Assembly: GCA_964386675.1 (NCBI GenBank)
Contig: CAYLTB010000001.1
Span: 2,353-66,352 of the forward strand
DNA length: 64,000 bases
Source: an uncultured Verrucomicrobiota bacterium
GTDB lineage: Bacteria > Verrucomicrobiota > Kiritimatiellia > PWTM01
Direction: 5' to 3'
The notes under the pieces were generated by a model. That model ran no database searches and had not been told where the DNA came from. It was given only the letters and a program-made list of their open reading frames with translations. Every line of letters begins with the position of its first letter. Within the stretch, counting starts at the first letter, position 1. Shown one piece after another: positions 47,933-55,822 of the stretch. The position numbers and the translations under genes are program-made.

Positions 47933-48706
47933 ATGAAGTCAAAGACGAACCCCGACCCCGGCGCCCTGTACGACGCCCTGTTCGCGCGCTGGGGACCGCA
48001 GGGCTGGTGGCCGGCGCGCACGCCGTTCGAGACGGTCGTCGGCGCCATCCTCACGCAGCATACCGCCTGGACCAATGTCGAGCGCGCGATCGCGAACCTG
48101 CGGAGAGCGCGGCGGCTGACGCCCCGCGCGCTGTGGGCGACCCCGCCCGCCGTGCTGGCGGAGTTGATTCGCCCAGCCGGCTACTTCAACGTCAAGGCAC
48201 GCCGGCTGCGGGCGTTTATCGAGCGGCTGTTCGATCGCTTTGGCGGCCGACTCGACCGGCTGTTCGCAATGCCGACCGGGGCGCTGCGCGCCGAACTGCT
48301 TTCGATCCACGGCATCGGGCCGGAAACCGCGGACAGTATCCTGCTCTACGCCGCGCTGCGTCCCGTCTTTGTCGCGGACGCCTACGCGCGCCGCGCGCTG
48401 GCGCGGCACGGGTGGGTGGATTTCCGCGCCCCGTACGATGCGGTGGCGTCCTTCTTCACGAACCGGTTGCCGCGTGACACGGCCCGGTTCAACGAGTACC
48501 ATGCCTTGATCGTCCGATTGGGCAAGGAACAATGTCGAGCGCGGCCCCGATGCGAGGAATGTCCGTGGCGCGGCTGGCTGCCGGCGGGTGGCGCGCGGCC
48601 TGGGCGCTGGCCGCGGCGGCGGTCGCCGGCGGGTGCCGGACGGGCGGGGCGGTCCCCGAGGGGTTCCGGCCGGCCGACGAAACGCTCGCGCAGGTCGTCC
48701 GCGTGA
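47933..48706 (+). CDS. HhH-GPD superfamily DNA glycosylase (endonuclease III-like)
   Basis: Helix-hairpin-helix LSIHGIGPETADSILLYA with the GPD region is followed by a partial FeS-type Cys cluster CRARPRCEEC (three of four Cys). The 3' end is uncertain: the frame stays open ~45 codons past the last conserved motif and overlaps the next gene. Confidence 0.6.
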   Translation: MKSKTNPDPGALYDALFARWGPQGWWPARTPFETVVGAILTQHTAWTNVERAIANLRRARRLTPRALWATPPAVLAELIRPAGYFNVKARRLRAFIERLFDRFGGRLDRLFAMPTGALRAELLSIHGIGPETADSILLYAALRPVFVADAYARRALARHGWVDFRAPYDAVASFFTNRLPRDTARFNEYHALIVRLGKEQCRARPRCEECPWRGWLPAGGARPGRWPRRRSPAGAGRAGRSPRGSGRPTKRSRRSSA

Positions 48707-48930
48707 ACGACGAGCGGGGCTTCGTGATTCTGGATTGCCTCGTGCCGCCGGGCGAAGGCGAGGAACTCACGGTCTGGCGCGACGATCAGCGGGTGGCCTG
48801 GGTGCGGGTGACGGCGCGCCGCCGTCCGCCGTTCGTCGCGGCGGACATCCTGGCGGGCGAGCCGCGGCCGGGCGATCTGGCACGCGCCGAGCGGACGGCG
48901 CCCGCCGAAAGAACGGAGACACGACCATGA
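48532..48930 (+). CDS. putative small lipoprotein
   Basis: It has a lipoprotein-type signal (MSVARLAAGGWRAAWALAAAAVAGGC). Its stop overlaps the tatA start (ATGA). The likely real start is at M7 or M10 (48550/48559). It overlaps the tail of the HhH-GPD ORF in another frame. Confidence 0.4.
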   Translation: MSSAAPMRGMSVARLAAGGWRAAWALAAAAVAGGCRTGGAVPEGFRPADETLAQVVRVNDERGFVILDCLVPPGEGEELTVWRDDQRVAWVRVTARRRPPFVAADILAGEPRPGDLARAERTAPAERTETRP

Positions 48931-49121
48931 GACTGGGCTGGCAGGAAGGGTTGTTGATCCTCCTGGCAATCGTCCTGCTCTTTGGAGCGCGGCGGCTGCC
49001 GGAACTGGCGCGGTCGCTCGGCCGCAGCATCAAGGAGTTCAAGAAGGGCCGCGAGGAAGGCGCGACCGACGGCGCGGACGAAAAGAAGAACGGCGACGGC
49101 GGCCCGTCGTCCGCGGCGTGA
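48927..49121 (+). CDS. tatA: twin-arginine translocase subunit TatA/E
   Basis: MRLGWQEGLLILLAIVLLFGARRLPELARSLGRSIKEFKKG is the classic TatA TM helix plus amphipathic helix with the FG...LP hinge. It is 64 aa. Confidence 0.85.
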   Translation: MRLGWQEGLLILLAIVLLFGARRLPELARSLGRSIKEFKKGREEGATDGADEKKNGDGGPSSAA

Positions 49122-49136
49122 CGGTCCGATCGCCGA

Positions 49137-50327
49137 TCAGCGCTTCAACTCGGGGACGCCGCGCATCATCGGGCCGGGCATCATGCCGATGTCCCGTTCT
49201 CCGGGCCCGCCTCGGCGCGGCGCAAGCGAAACCACCTCGGGCACGTTCTGCTGGCTCAATTGGGCGCGAAAAGTTCGGAACAGCGGGTCGTTCTGCAGGG
49301 GCCGGAAATCCTCGTCGCTCATCCACTGCAGCACTTGGGAGGCGCCGAAGAGTTCGACGGCGCGGGTCAGCGTCCGAATCGTTTCACCCGCCTGCTCCTG
49401 CCGCGCGAAGGCCAGGGCGAGGTTGTAGAAGGTGGATTTGTCCGGCGACTCGCCGCGCGCCAGTTCCGCGAGCTGGCTGACGGCCTTCACGTATTGGCCC
49501 AGCCGCAGGTAGGCCAGCGCGAACAACTGGCGGGTCTCAACGTCTTCCTGGCGGGAGTCTGCGATCGAACGCAGGTGCACCAGGGCCTGGTCGTACCAGC
49601 CGCCATCGAGGCAGATGCGCGCCGCCAGCTTGCGACCGGCGAGATCGGCGGGCGCGGCGTCCAGGTACCAGCGGACCATGTCGTACGCGTCCGCGAAGCG
49701 CTCCGCTCCGAGCAACGCCGCGGCCAGCCGTCGCCGGGGTTCCGGATCGCGCGGCTGCGCCTCGATGATCTCCGACAACAGCCGGCGGGCATCGTCAAAC
49801 CGTCGCTGGTCCATCAGGTGGTCGGCCAGGGCCGACTTGAGCTCCAGGTTGGTCGGCGCCGCAGCCAGTTCACGCTCCAGTCGTTCCAGCGCCTCGGCGG
49901 CGAGACCGCGGGCGGCGAGCGTGTCGGCGGCCAGTCGGGTATCCCGGGCGCGGTCGGGCAACTCCCGGAGCCGCGCCACGCTGAAGCGGGTGATCTCCGC
50001 GGTGGACGCGGACTCCGGCGCTTCGCGGGCGGGCGTAGACAGCGATGCCGGTAGGGACGGCGCGGGCCGGGCCGGCTGGGCGCGCGGCATTTTATGCGCG
50101 CGGTACGCGATGAAGATAACGGTCCCAACCGCGGCGACGCCGACCAGCTCCCAGAACAGCCGGGATGACCTCCGCGCGCGATGGCGGGCGAGCGACCCGG
50201 TCCGGCGTGCCAACGGAGGAGCGACGCGTGGCCGTGAAGACCGCGTGGGCACCACCGGCGGCGTTGCCTCGCGGTCGCGATATAAATCCGCCGACCTGCC
50301 CGGCGGCACTGATTCTGAGTCGCTCAA
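49137..50327 (-). CDS. membrane-anchored tetratricopeptide-repeat protein
   Basis: An N-terminal TM segment (LFWELVGVAAVGTVIFIAY) is followed by multiple TPR-like Ala/Leu/Arg-rich repeats. The start is uncertain. Confidence 0.5.
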   Translation of the reverse strand: MSDSESVPPGRSADLYRDREATPPVVPTRSSRPRVAPPLARRTGSLARHRARRSSRLFWELVGVAAVGTVIFIAYRAHKMPRAQPARPAPSLPASLSTPAREAPESASTAEITRFSVARLRELPDRARDTRLAADTLAARGLAAEALERLERELAAAPTNLELKSALADHLMDQRRFDDARRLLSEIIEAQPRDPEPRRRLAAALLGAERFADAYDMVRWYLDAAPADLAGRKLAARICLDGGWYDQALVHLRSIADSRQEDVETRQLFALAYLRLGQYVKAVSQLAELARGESPDKSTFYNLALAFARQEQAGETIRTLTRAVELFGASQVLQWMSDEDFRPLQNDPLFRTFRAQLSQQNVPEVVSLAPRRGGPGERDIGMMPGPMMRGVPELKR

Positions 50328-50466
50328 GAGTCCGGATTCCTGGGGGAATAATCCCGATCCGCATAACTATCCGGCTTGATAGAAGCAAACCGCAGGCAAG
50401 TCAAGCGGAGTTCCATGAGAAAAACGTCAACGACGCCGGCCGCGAAGTGGCCCGTCCCGTTGCAGG

Positions 50467-50811
50467 TCAGTCCTGAAAACGGATCGCCTCGCCTTCGACC
50501 CGCGTGACGTGCCGGGTGAAGAGAATCCACCATTGGAAATACGACTCGACCGTCACGTCAATCAACGCATCCGCGCCGCGCGAGCGGATCGCCGCGTCCA
50601 CGGCCTCTCGGATCGTATTGGATCCGGTGACCGGCAGGATGCCGAGCAACAGGACATAGCTGTCGGTCTTGGCGACGCGACCGAGCTTGACGTACTTCCG
50701 GTTGTTGATCGGGGTGGTGGAATCCGAAATTCCACCGGGAAAATGTGCGCAGCCGGCCAGCAGCAAGGCCGCCAACGCAGCGGGCGCCAGACGATTTCGA
50801 CGAGAATTCAT
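50467..50811 (-). CDS. small lipoprotein
   Basis: MNSRRNRLAPAALAALLLAGCA contains a lipobox. It is 114 aa, and the family is uncertain (TRL-like). The ORF extends upstream to 50970. Confidence 0.5.
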   Translation of the reverse strand: MNSRRNRLAPAALAALLLAGCAHFPGGISDSTTPINNRKYVKLGRVAKTDSYVLLLGILPVTGSNTIREAVDAAIRSRGADALIDVTVESYFQWWILFTRHVTRVEGEAIRFQD

Positions 50812-50866
50812 GGCGTTTCCTTTCGGGTTCTGCACGATCGCCGTGACCGTGCCCGGAAGACTAATC

Positions 50867-51793
50867 TCAGGCGTCGGCGCCGTCAACCGATGGCCGCAAG
50901 CGCTCCCACGGCGGGGTGTCCGGCAGCAGCGCCTCGAATTCCGCGGTCCGTTCGCCCTCGTACTCCGCACTCCACCCGCCGCGGAGGAAGCGCGGGAACG
51001 CCTCGCGGCGCAATCGAGACCAGGACTCCGGTTCGCGGCCCGGAAGGATCGGGAAAAAGGCCGCGCCCGCTTCCCGCGCAGCCTGCCGGTCGCCGGGCGC
51101 GTCGCCGATCATCAGGACCCGGCCGGCGGCGTACCGCCCGCGCGCGGCCCGGTCCAGCATCTGTCCCTTCGTGCCTTGCGCCGGCCCGAGGATCGCGCGA
51201 ACCAGCGGCAGCAGACCGCTCTCGCGCCATTCGCGGATCACGGCCTCCTCCGGCGTCTGCGATACCACGACCAGGTCCGAAGCCGCCGCCATTGCGGCGA
51301 GCGCTTCCCGGACCCCGGGGAACGGCGGCGACGACGGCAGCTCGCGCGCCACGCGCGCATTGACCGCAAGGCTCCACTCGAGCAACCGCCGCAGTTCCGG
51401 TTCCCCGGTCCGCTCGGTCTCCGCGCGCAGTTCATCGAGGCTCAGCGGACGCCCCGATGTCACGAACCGCCGCAGCGGCCCCACGTCCGGCAGCGCCACG
51501 CCGGCGCGGCGCACCTCGGGCCGCCGGGCCAGCAGCTCGAAAACGCGCAGCAGCGCCGGGAACCGGTTGGAACCTCGCCACGTCGAGCGCAGGTTCACAA
51601 ACTCCGCGGTCTCTCGCAATTCGCGTTCGATCCGTTCCAGACCCCAGCACCGGATGATCTCCGGATGAAAGCAGCGAATCTGTTTCGGTCCCATCGTGTC
51701 GAATACGCAGCCGTCCGAATCCACCGCGACCAGTGTCGCGTGGCGGGGCGTAAAGCCGGCCGGGTTGGATAACGCATCCTGCATTTCAGTCAT
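50867..51793 (-). CDS. HAD-superfamily hydrolase
   Basis: Motif I is VAVDSDGCVFDTM (DxDG). Motif III/IV is MIGDAPGD. The cap region is large (308 aa total). Confidence 0.6.
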   Translation of the reverse strand: MTEMQDALSNPAGFTPRHATLVAVDSDGCVFDTMGPKQIRCFHPEIIRCWGLERIERELRETAEFVNLRSTWRGSNRFPALLRVFELLARRPEVRRAGVALPDVGPLRRFVTSGRPLSLDELRAETERTGEPELRRLLEWSLAVNARVARELPSSPPFPGVREALAAMAAASDLVVVSQTPEEAVIREWRESGLLPLVRAILGPAQGTKGQMLDRAARGRYAAGRVLMIGDAPGDRQAAREAGAAFFPILPGREPESWSRLRREAFPRFLRGGWSAEYEGERTAEFEALLPDTPPWERLRPSVDGADA

Positions 51794-51951
51794 CTCCCTG
51801 CGGCGCGGCCGCGCGGAATGTCCGAACAGCGCCGGACGCCGGCCGGCGGCGCCGTCGCCTCATCGTGTGGGCCGATTCGAGGATCCTTGGACATTCGAGA
51901 TTCCGCGGTTCGCAGTCCATGCCGGCGTTCCGTCAATCCGAGGCCGCGCCG

Positions 51952-53817
51952 TCATCGCCGGCCGGAAGGCGGTGCGAGACCTCCCAGCGACAGCCGACGC
52001 AGCAACGGCCGGCGTTTCACGCGCTGGGCGCTCACCCGCCGCAGCACCCGATCGAGCAGCCGCACGGTCTCGACGATGTGCGGACCCTTGTTGAGCATTA
52101 CGCACTCGGCCCGTCCGCTCATCGCCGCGTCGGAGACTTCGGCGCGCGAGGGGAGGCCTTTCTTGGCCATGCTTTCCAATACCTGCGTCGCCCAGATGAC
52201 TGGCACATGCGCGGCCTCGCACAGCGCGAGAATTTCCTCCTGCAACTCGGCGAGGCGTTCGAAGCTCACCTCAACCGCCAGGTCGCCGCGCGCCAGCATA
52301 ACACCGACCGGCGGGCAGTGCATCGCCGCCAGCAGCAGTCGGGGCAGGTTTTCGATCGCCGCGCGGTTCTCGATTTTCAATACGATGCCCAGCCGCCGCG
52401 CCCGCAACCGCCGGAGCTCGGCGGCCAGCGCGAGGATGTCGCGCGGGTGCCGGACAAAAGACAACCCCACGAGGTCCGCCCACGGCGCCGCCGCGCGCAA
52501 GTCCGATCGGTCTTTCTCCGTCAGCGCGGGGACGCGCAGCGTCGTCGCCGGCAGGTTGATGCCTTTCTCGGCGCGCAATTTTGATCCGTGGGGCGCGGCG
52601 TGGGTGATCTCGACCTCGAACCGGTTGCGGAAAACGCGGCGAATGACGCCGCCGATCTTGCCGTCGTCGAACCAGATCGGCTGTCCGGGCTGTACGGCGG
52701 TGAAGACCTCGCGCAGCGTGCAGGGAATGCTGGCCGGCGTCTGGAGCGCGCCGTTCGGGTCGTACCGGGCGGGACTGCCGGGGACGGATTCCGAGGTCAC
52801 CACGAGCGGGTCGCCGATGCGGAGCACCAGGGGCAGCGCGACCTCCGGCAGCGGTCCGATGAAGCCCTCGGCGATGGTGCGGCCGCCGCGCCGCAACCGG
52901 TAGGGCGCGCCGTCCCGCAGGTACACGTGTGCGCCCGCCTGAGCCAGGAAACCCTCGGGTTCGCGGCCGACCAGCGTCAGCGTGCGGCGCAGGCCGCGCG
53001 TATCGAGCAGACGCAGCTGGTCGCCGGCGCGCGCGCGTTCGAGTAGGCCGGCATCCACGGGGAGTGCCGCCTCGACGAAGGGGTGCTCGACTTCGGGCGC
53101 GCCGCGCGGCGTCAGCAGCACGCGCGCCGGCTCGACGACCGCGCCCCAGACATTGCGGCGCGGACCGAATTCGAGCAACCGGCCGACCGGACGGATCGCG
53201 CCGGTGCGCAGTTTGGGGCCCTGCAGGTCCGCGTAGATCCGGCAGGTCCGGCCGAGCCGCCGTTCTGCGGCGCGCACGTGCGCGACCATGGCGCGCCACA
53301 CGTCCGGGTCATCGTGGGCGCAGTTGATCCGCGCGAGGTTCATGCCGGCCGCCATGCAGTCCTTGACGAGCTCCGGCCGCTCCGCCGCCTCCGTGGGCAG
53401 GGTGACCATGATGCGCGCGGACCGCCGCGCGGGCGTCGGCCCCAGCAGCGCCTCGGCGTGGACGGCCAGTCGTTCGCCGCCGCTCGCGGGCGCTCCCCGC
53501 GCCGATGTCGTCCGCGGCGGCGGAAGGTCCGCCAGCCGGCACAACGACTCGAGCACGGCCTCGATGGCGCACAGGACGTTCGCCTCGGCCCGGCCGAGCC
53601 GGCTCAGACCCAGCGCGGCGAGGTCCTGCTGCAGGCCGCTCAGGTCGCCGTTCCGGAGCGCCAGGTAATGCAGCAGGTTGCGAGCGCTGTCCCGGTGGGA
53701 CTCGTGCGCCTGCCGTACCGCGTGCGCGTGGCGCCGCGCCAGCGCGCGGGCCTCGCGCTGCAGAGCCCGAAGGACCGGGATCATCCGCCGCGCGATGTAG
53801 TCGGGCGCGCGTCTCAT
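51952..53817 (-). CDS. pyruvate kinase-like protein with N-terminal extension and enlarged B domain
   Basis: Pyruvate kinase core motifs are present: MNLARINCAHD (compare MNVARLNFSHG), IYADLQGPKLRTG, TEKDRSDL, VMLARGDLAVEV and MLNKGPH. There is a ~140-aa N-terminal extension and a ~250-aa insertion between the GPKLR and TEKD motifs. No C-terminal allosteric domain is present. An ATGA overlap joins it to the upstream ThyA-like gene. Confidence 0.65.
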   Translation of the reverse strand: MRRAPDYIARRMIPVLRALQREARALARRHAHAVRQAHESHRDSARNLLHYLALRNGDLSGLQQDLAALGLSRLGRAEANVLCAIEAVLESLCRLADLPPPRTTSARGAPASGGERLAVHAEALLGPTPARRSARIMVTLPTEAAERPELVKDCMAAGMNLARINCAHDDPDVWRAMVAHVRAAERRLGRTCRIYADLQGPKLRTGAIRPVGRLLEFGPRRNVWGAVVEPARVLLTPRGAPEVEHPFVEAALPVDAGLLERARAGDQLRLLDTRGLRRTLTLVGREPEGFLAQAGAHVYLRDGAPYRLRRGGRTIAEGFIGPLPEVALPLVLRIGDPLVVTSESVPGSPARYDPNGALQTPASIPCTLREVFTAVQPGQPIWFDDGKIGGVIRRVFRNRFEVEITHAAPHGSKLRAEKGINLPATTLRVPALTEKDRSDLRAAAPWADLVGLSFVRHPRDILALAAELRRLRARRLGIVLKIENRAAIENLPRLLLAAMHCPPVGVMLARGDLAVEVSFERLAELQEEILALCEAAHVPVIWATQVLESMAKKGLPSRAEVSDAAMSGRAECVMLNKGPHIVETVRLLDRVLRRVSAQRVKRRPLLRRLSLGGLAPPSGRR

Positions 53818-54701
53818 GGATGCTCGGCGTCGTGCGCGCGGATTTTGGCGAGCACCGCGGGGCCGGCCTCGTCGTAGATCTCGCGGATCGCGGGGTCGTC
53901 CATGCGATAGACGCGGTCTTCGAAGGCCGTCGTATCAAGACGGCGGAACAGCCGTTGCTCGGCGTCGGCGAGGTCCTTGCCATAGATGTGGAACGAGTCC
54001 GCGTGCCAGTGCAAGCGGCCCAGTTCGACCGGCCGCCCGCGGCGGCGCGCCACCGCGTCGGCCACGACGTCCCGCGTGAACATCACGAAGCCGAACATGT
54101 TCATGAAATTGGCTCCCCACGCGTCGTTGCTGCGGAAGCGGATGTTCGTGTTGAGCCAGCCGATCCCGTCCGCACCCTCGAGGATGCGGTACCAGATGGA
54201 CTGCAGGCACGGCGGATCGTAGCAATCGAGGTCGAGGTTCGGCATCCAGGTGATCATCTGCGCCTGCCGCGTGAACGGCTGTGCCGCGAGCTTCTCGATG
54301 ACCCGCTCGATCTGCGGTACGACGAAGGGGCCTTTTTCGACGCTGGCGCCGTTTTCAAACTCGCGCCAGACGCCGTAGCGGGCCAGCCGGCCATGGTAGG
54401 TGTATTCCCAGCGCGTGTCGGCGGGATCGTTGATGTTCTTGACCCAATGGTCCTTTGCGCCCTGCAACTCCAGCACGTATTCGCGCAGGTCCTCGATCCC
54501 GCCGGGAAACGCGCGGTGGATCATCGGGTCGCTCATCGGGCGTCGCACAGTGATGCCCATGGTGGCGTCGAGGCTGGGCGGGTCGCCGGGCCGGTCGTAC
54601 TGCGTGCGGAACCGCGTGCCGCCGTGATATAACGCCACCAGCGCCCGCTCGTAGGCCTCCGCCAGCGACTCGCCCTCGACGTGCAGCACGGGGATGTCCA
54701 T
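53814..54701 (-). CDS. thymidylate synthase (ThyA) family protein, divergent
   Basis: It aligns along the whole length with ThyA. LELQGAKDHW matches WFLQGDTN and QIERVIEKLAAQPFTRQAQMITWMP matches QI..V...LK.DP.SRRIIVSAWNP. The nucleophile is conserved in PPCLQSIWYRI (PCH..Q.Y), RSNDAW matches RS.D, and HADSFHIY matches GDAHIY. The start is at MDIPVLHV (54701); an alternative lies at 54731. Confidence 0.65.
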   Translation of the reverse strand: MDIPVLHVEGESLAEAYERALVALYHGGTRFRTQYDRPGDPPSLDATMGITVRRPMSDPMIHRAFPGGIEDLREYVLELQGAKDHWVKNINDPADTRWEYTYHGRLARYGVWREFENGASVEKGPFVVPQIERVIEKLAAQPFTRQAQMITWMPNLDLDCYDPPCLQSIWYRILEGADGIGWLNTNIRFRSNDAWGANFMNMFGFVMFTRDVVADAVARRRGRPVELGRLHWHADSFHIYGKDLADAEQRLFRRLDTTAFEDRVYRMDDPAIREIYDEAGPAVLAKIRAHDAEHP

Positions 54702-55382
54702 CGCGTTCTCCGGGTTCGATGCCGTTCGCACGGTAGCAATAACGCGACCCGCGCGTCAAACGCGTGCGGCGGCCCGAGCGCGGTCAATTACAGCGCCGCC
54801 AAGCGCGGGCTCATCGGCCTGACCAAGTCCCTGGCCGTCTGGGGCGCGCCCTATGGCGGCCGGGCCTGCTGCGTAGCGCTCGGCCCGGCGCTCACGCGGG
54901 CCGCCATGATCGACATCATGGGGGACTTGTACGATCCCTCGCCGCTGGAAATCACGCGCCATCCCGACGCCATCGACCGGCAGAGGCGCCTGATCGACCG
55001 CATTCATGCCCTGGGCGCGGAGGTGGTCATGTCGTCGCACCTGTCGTGTCTGCCGACGACGGAACAGGTGGCGGAACACCTGCGGGCCCTGCGGGCGCGC
55101 GGTCCCGACGTGGTGAAGATCGTCACGGGGGGGGGCGATACGGAGGGCGAACGGACGGAGGCGCCGCGGACCACGCTGGTCCAGAAGCGCGAGGTCGGGA
55201 TGCCGTTCATCCACTTCCGCAACGGCCGGTTCAGCCGTACGCACCGCTGCTTCGGACCGGCGCTCGGCCTCTCGATCGCGTTCGCCGTCTACCGCTGCGA
55301 ACCGCGCTACGGGATGACGCCGCCGACGATCCGGGCCATGAGGGCGGTGTTGGACAACCTCCACTGGAAGAACAGCGGATGA
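54681..55382 (+). pseudogene. type I 3-dehydroquinate dehydratase (AroD)-like ORF, apparently degenerate, with SDR-like fragment at 5' end
   Basis: The C-terminal ~150 aa align with AroD (AEVVMSSHLSCLPTTEQVAEHLRALRARGPDVVKIVT matches [38 protein letters not shown]). The Schiff-base Lys of the SMAKTG motif is replaced (HFRNGRFSR). The N-terminal 60 aa instead resemble the YxxxK region of an SDR (VNYSAAKRGLIGLTKSLA). The 5' end overlaps the convergent ThyA-like gene. Confidence 0.4.
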
Positions 55383-55768
55383 AGCGAGCACTGCGAAAAC
55401 TCAAAGGACCCGACCTGCCCTCCTCGCGGCCGACCTGCGGGCGTGCGCCGTCCGCGCAACGGCGCAGGAGGGACGACGGCGGGAGCCGCCCCCGCCGCTG
55501 TCGGACTCCGAGCGCGGCGAGCTTCCGCGCGAGGGCGCCGGGCTCGTGAATGCCGTGACCGCCCGGGCCGAGGCGCTGCGGCCGGCGGGGAGGGCGGGCG
55601 CACCTCGTCGTCGCGCCATGGGGCTTGAGAACGCCGAGTATACGGGTCCCGGAGAATCCATGGTCTGGGCGGCGGCGGGGTTAGCGAGGCGGGTGCGCGT
55701 GCTCGCGAGCCGGACCGTGAAAGATTGATGCATTCGGTCAGAACGCGCGACCCTGCAAGGGTGGAGGT

Positions 55769-55814
55769 TTCCAAGGCTTGGAAGTCGGCCCGCCCGTTTT
55801 TCCAACCGTTGGAA
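55769..55814. repeat. tandem pair of 15-bp palindromes TTCCAAGGCTTGGAA / TTCCAACCGTTGGAA, 16-nt spacer
   Basis: Copy 3 is at 55769-55783 and copy 4 at 55800-55814, both with perfect 7-bp arms. Spacing and architecture are identical to the pair at 35384-35429. The element lies 9 nt past the malQ stop in a convergent intergenic region. Confidence 0.7.
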
Positions 55815-55822
55815 GCCGCAGG

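Noticed and set aside
54705-54725. tRNA-like T-loop string GGGTTCGATGCC
   Set aside because: No acceptor, D or anticodon stems can be drawn around it, and it lies inside a protein-coding overlap region. No other tRNA hallmarks (GTTCGAATC and others) occur anywhere in the window.
55379-55549. 56-codon ORF MKRALRKLKGPDL... with ATGA overlap to the aroD-like ORF
   Set aside because: It is extremely Arg-rich, low-complexity and ends in unstructured sequence. It is more likely a chance frame within decaying DNA than a gene.
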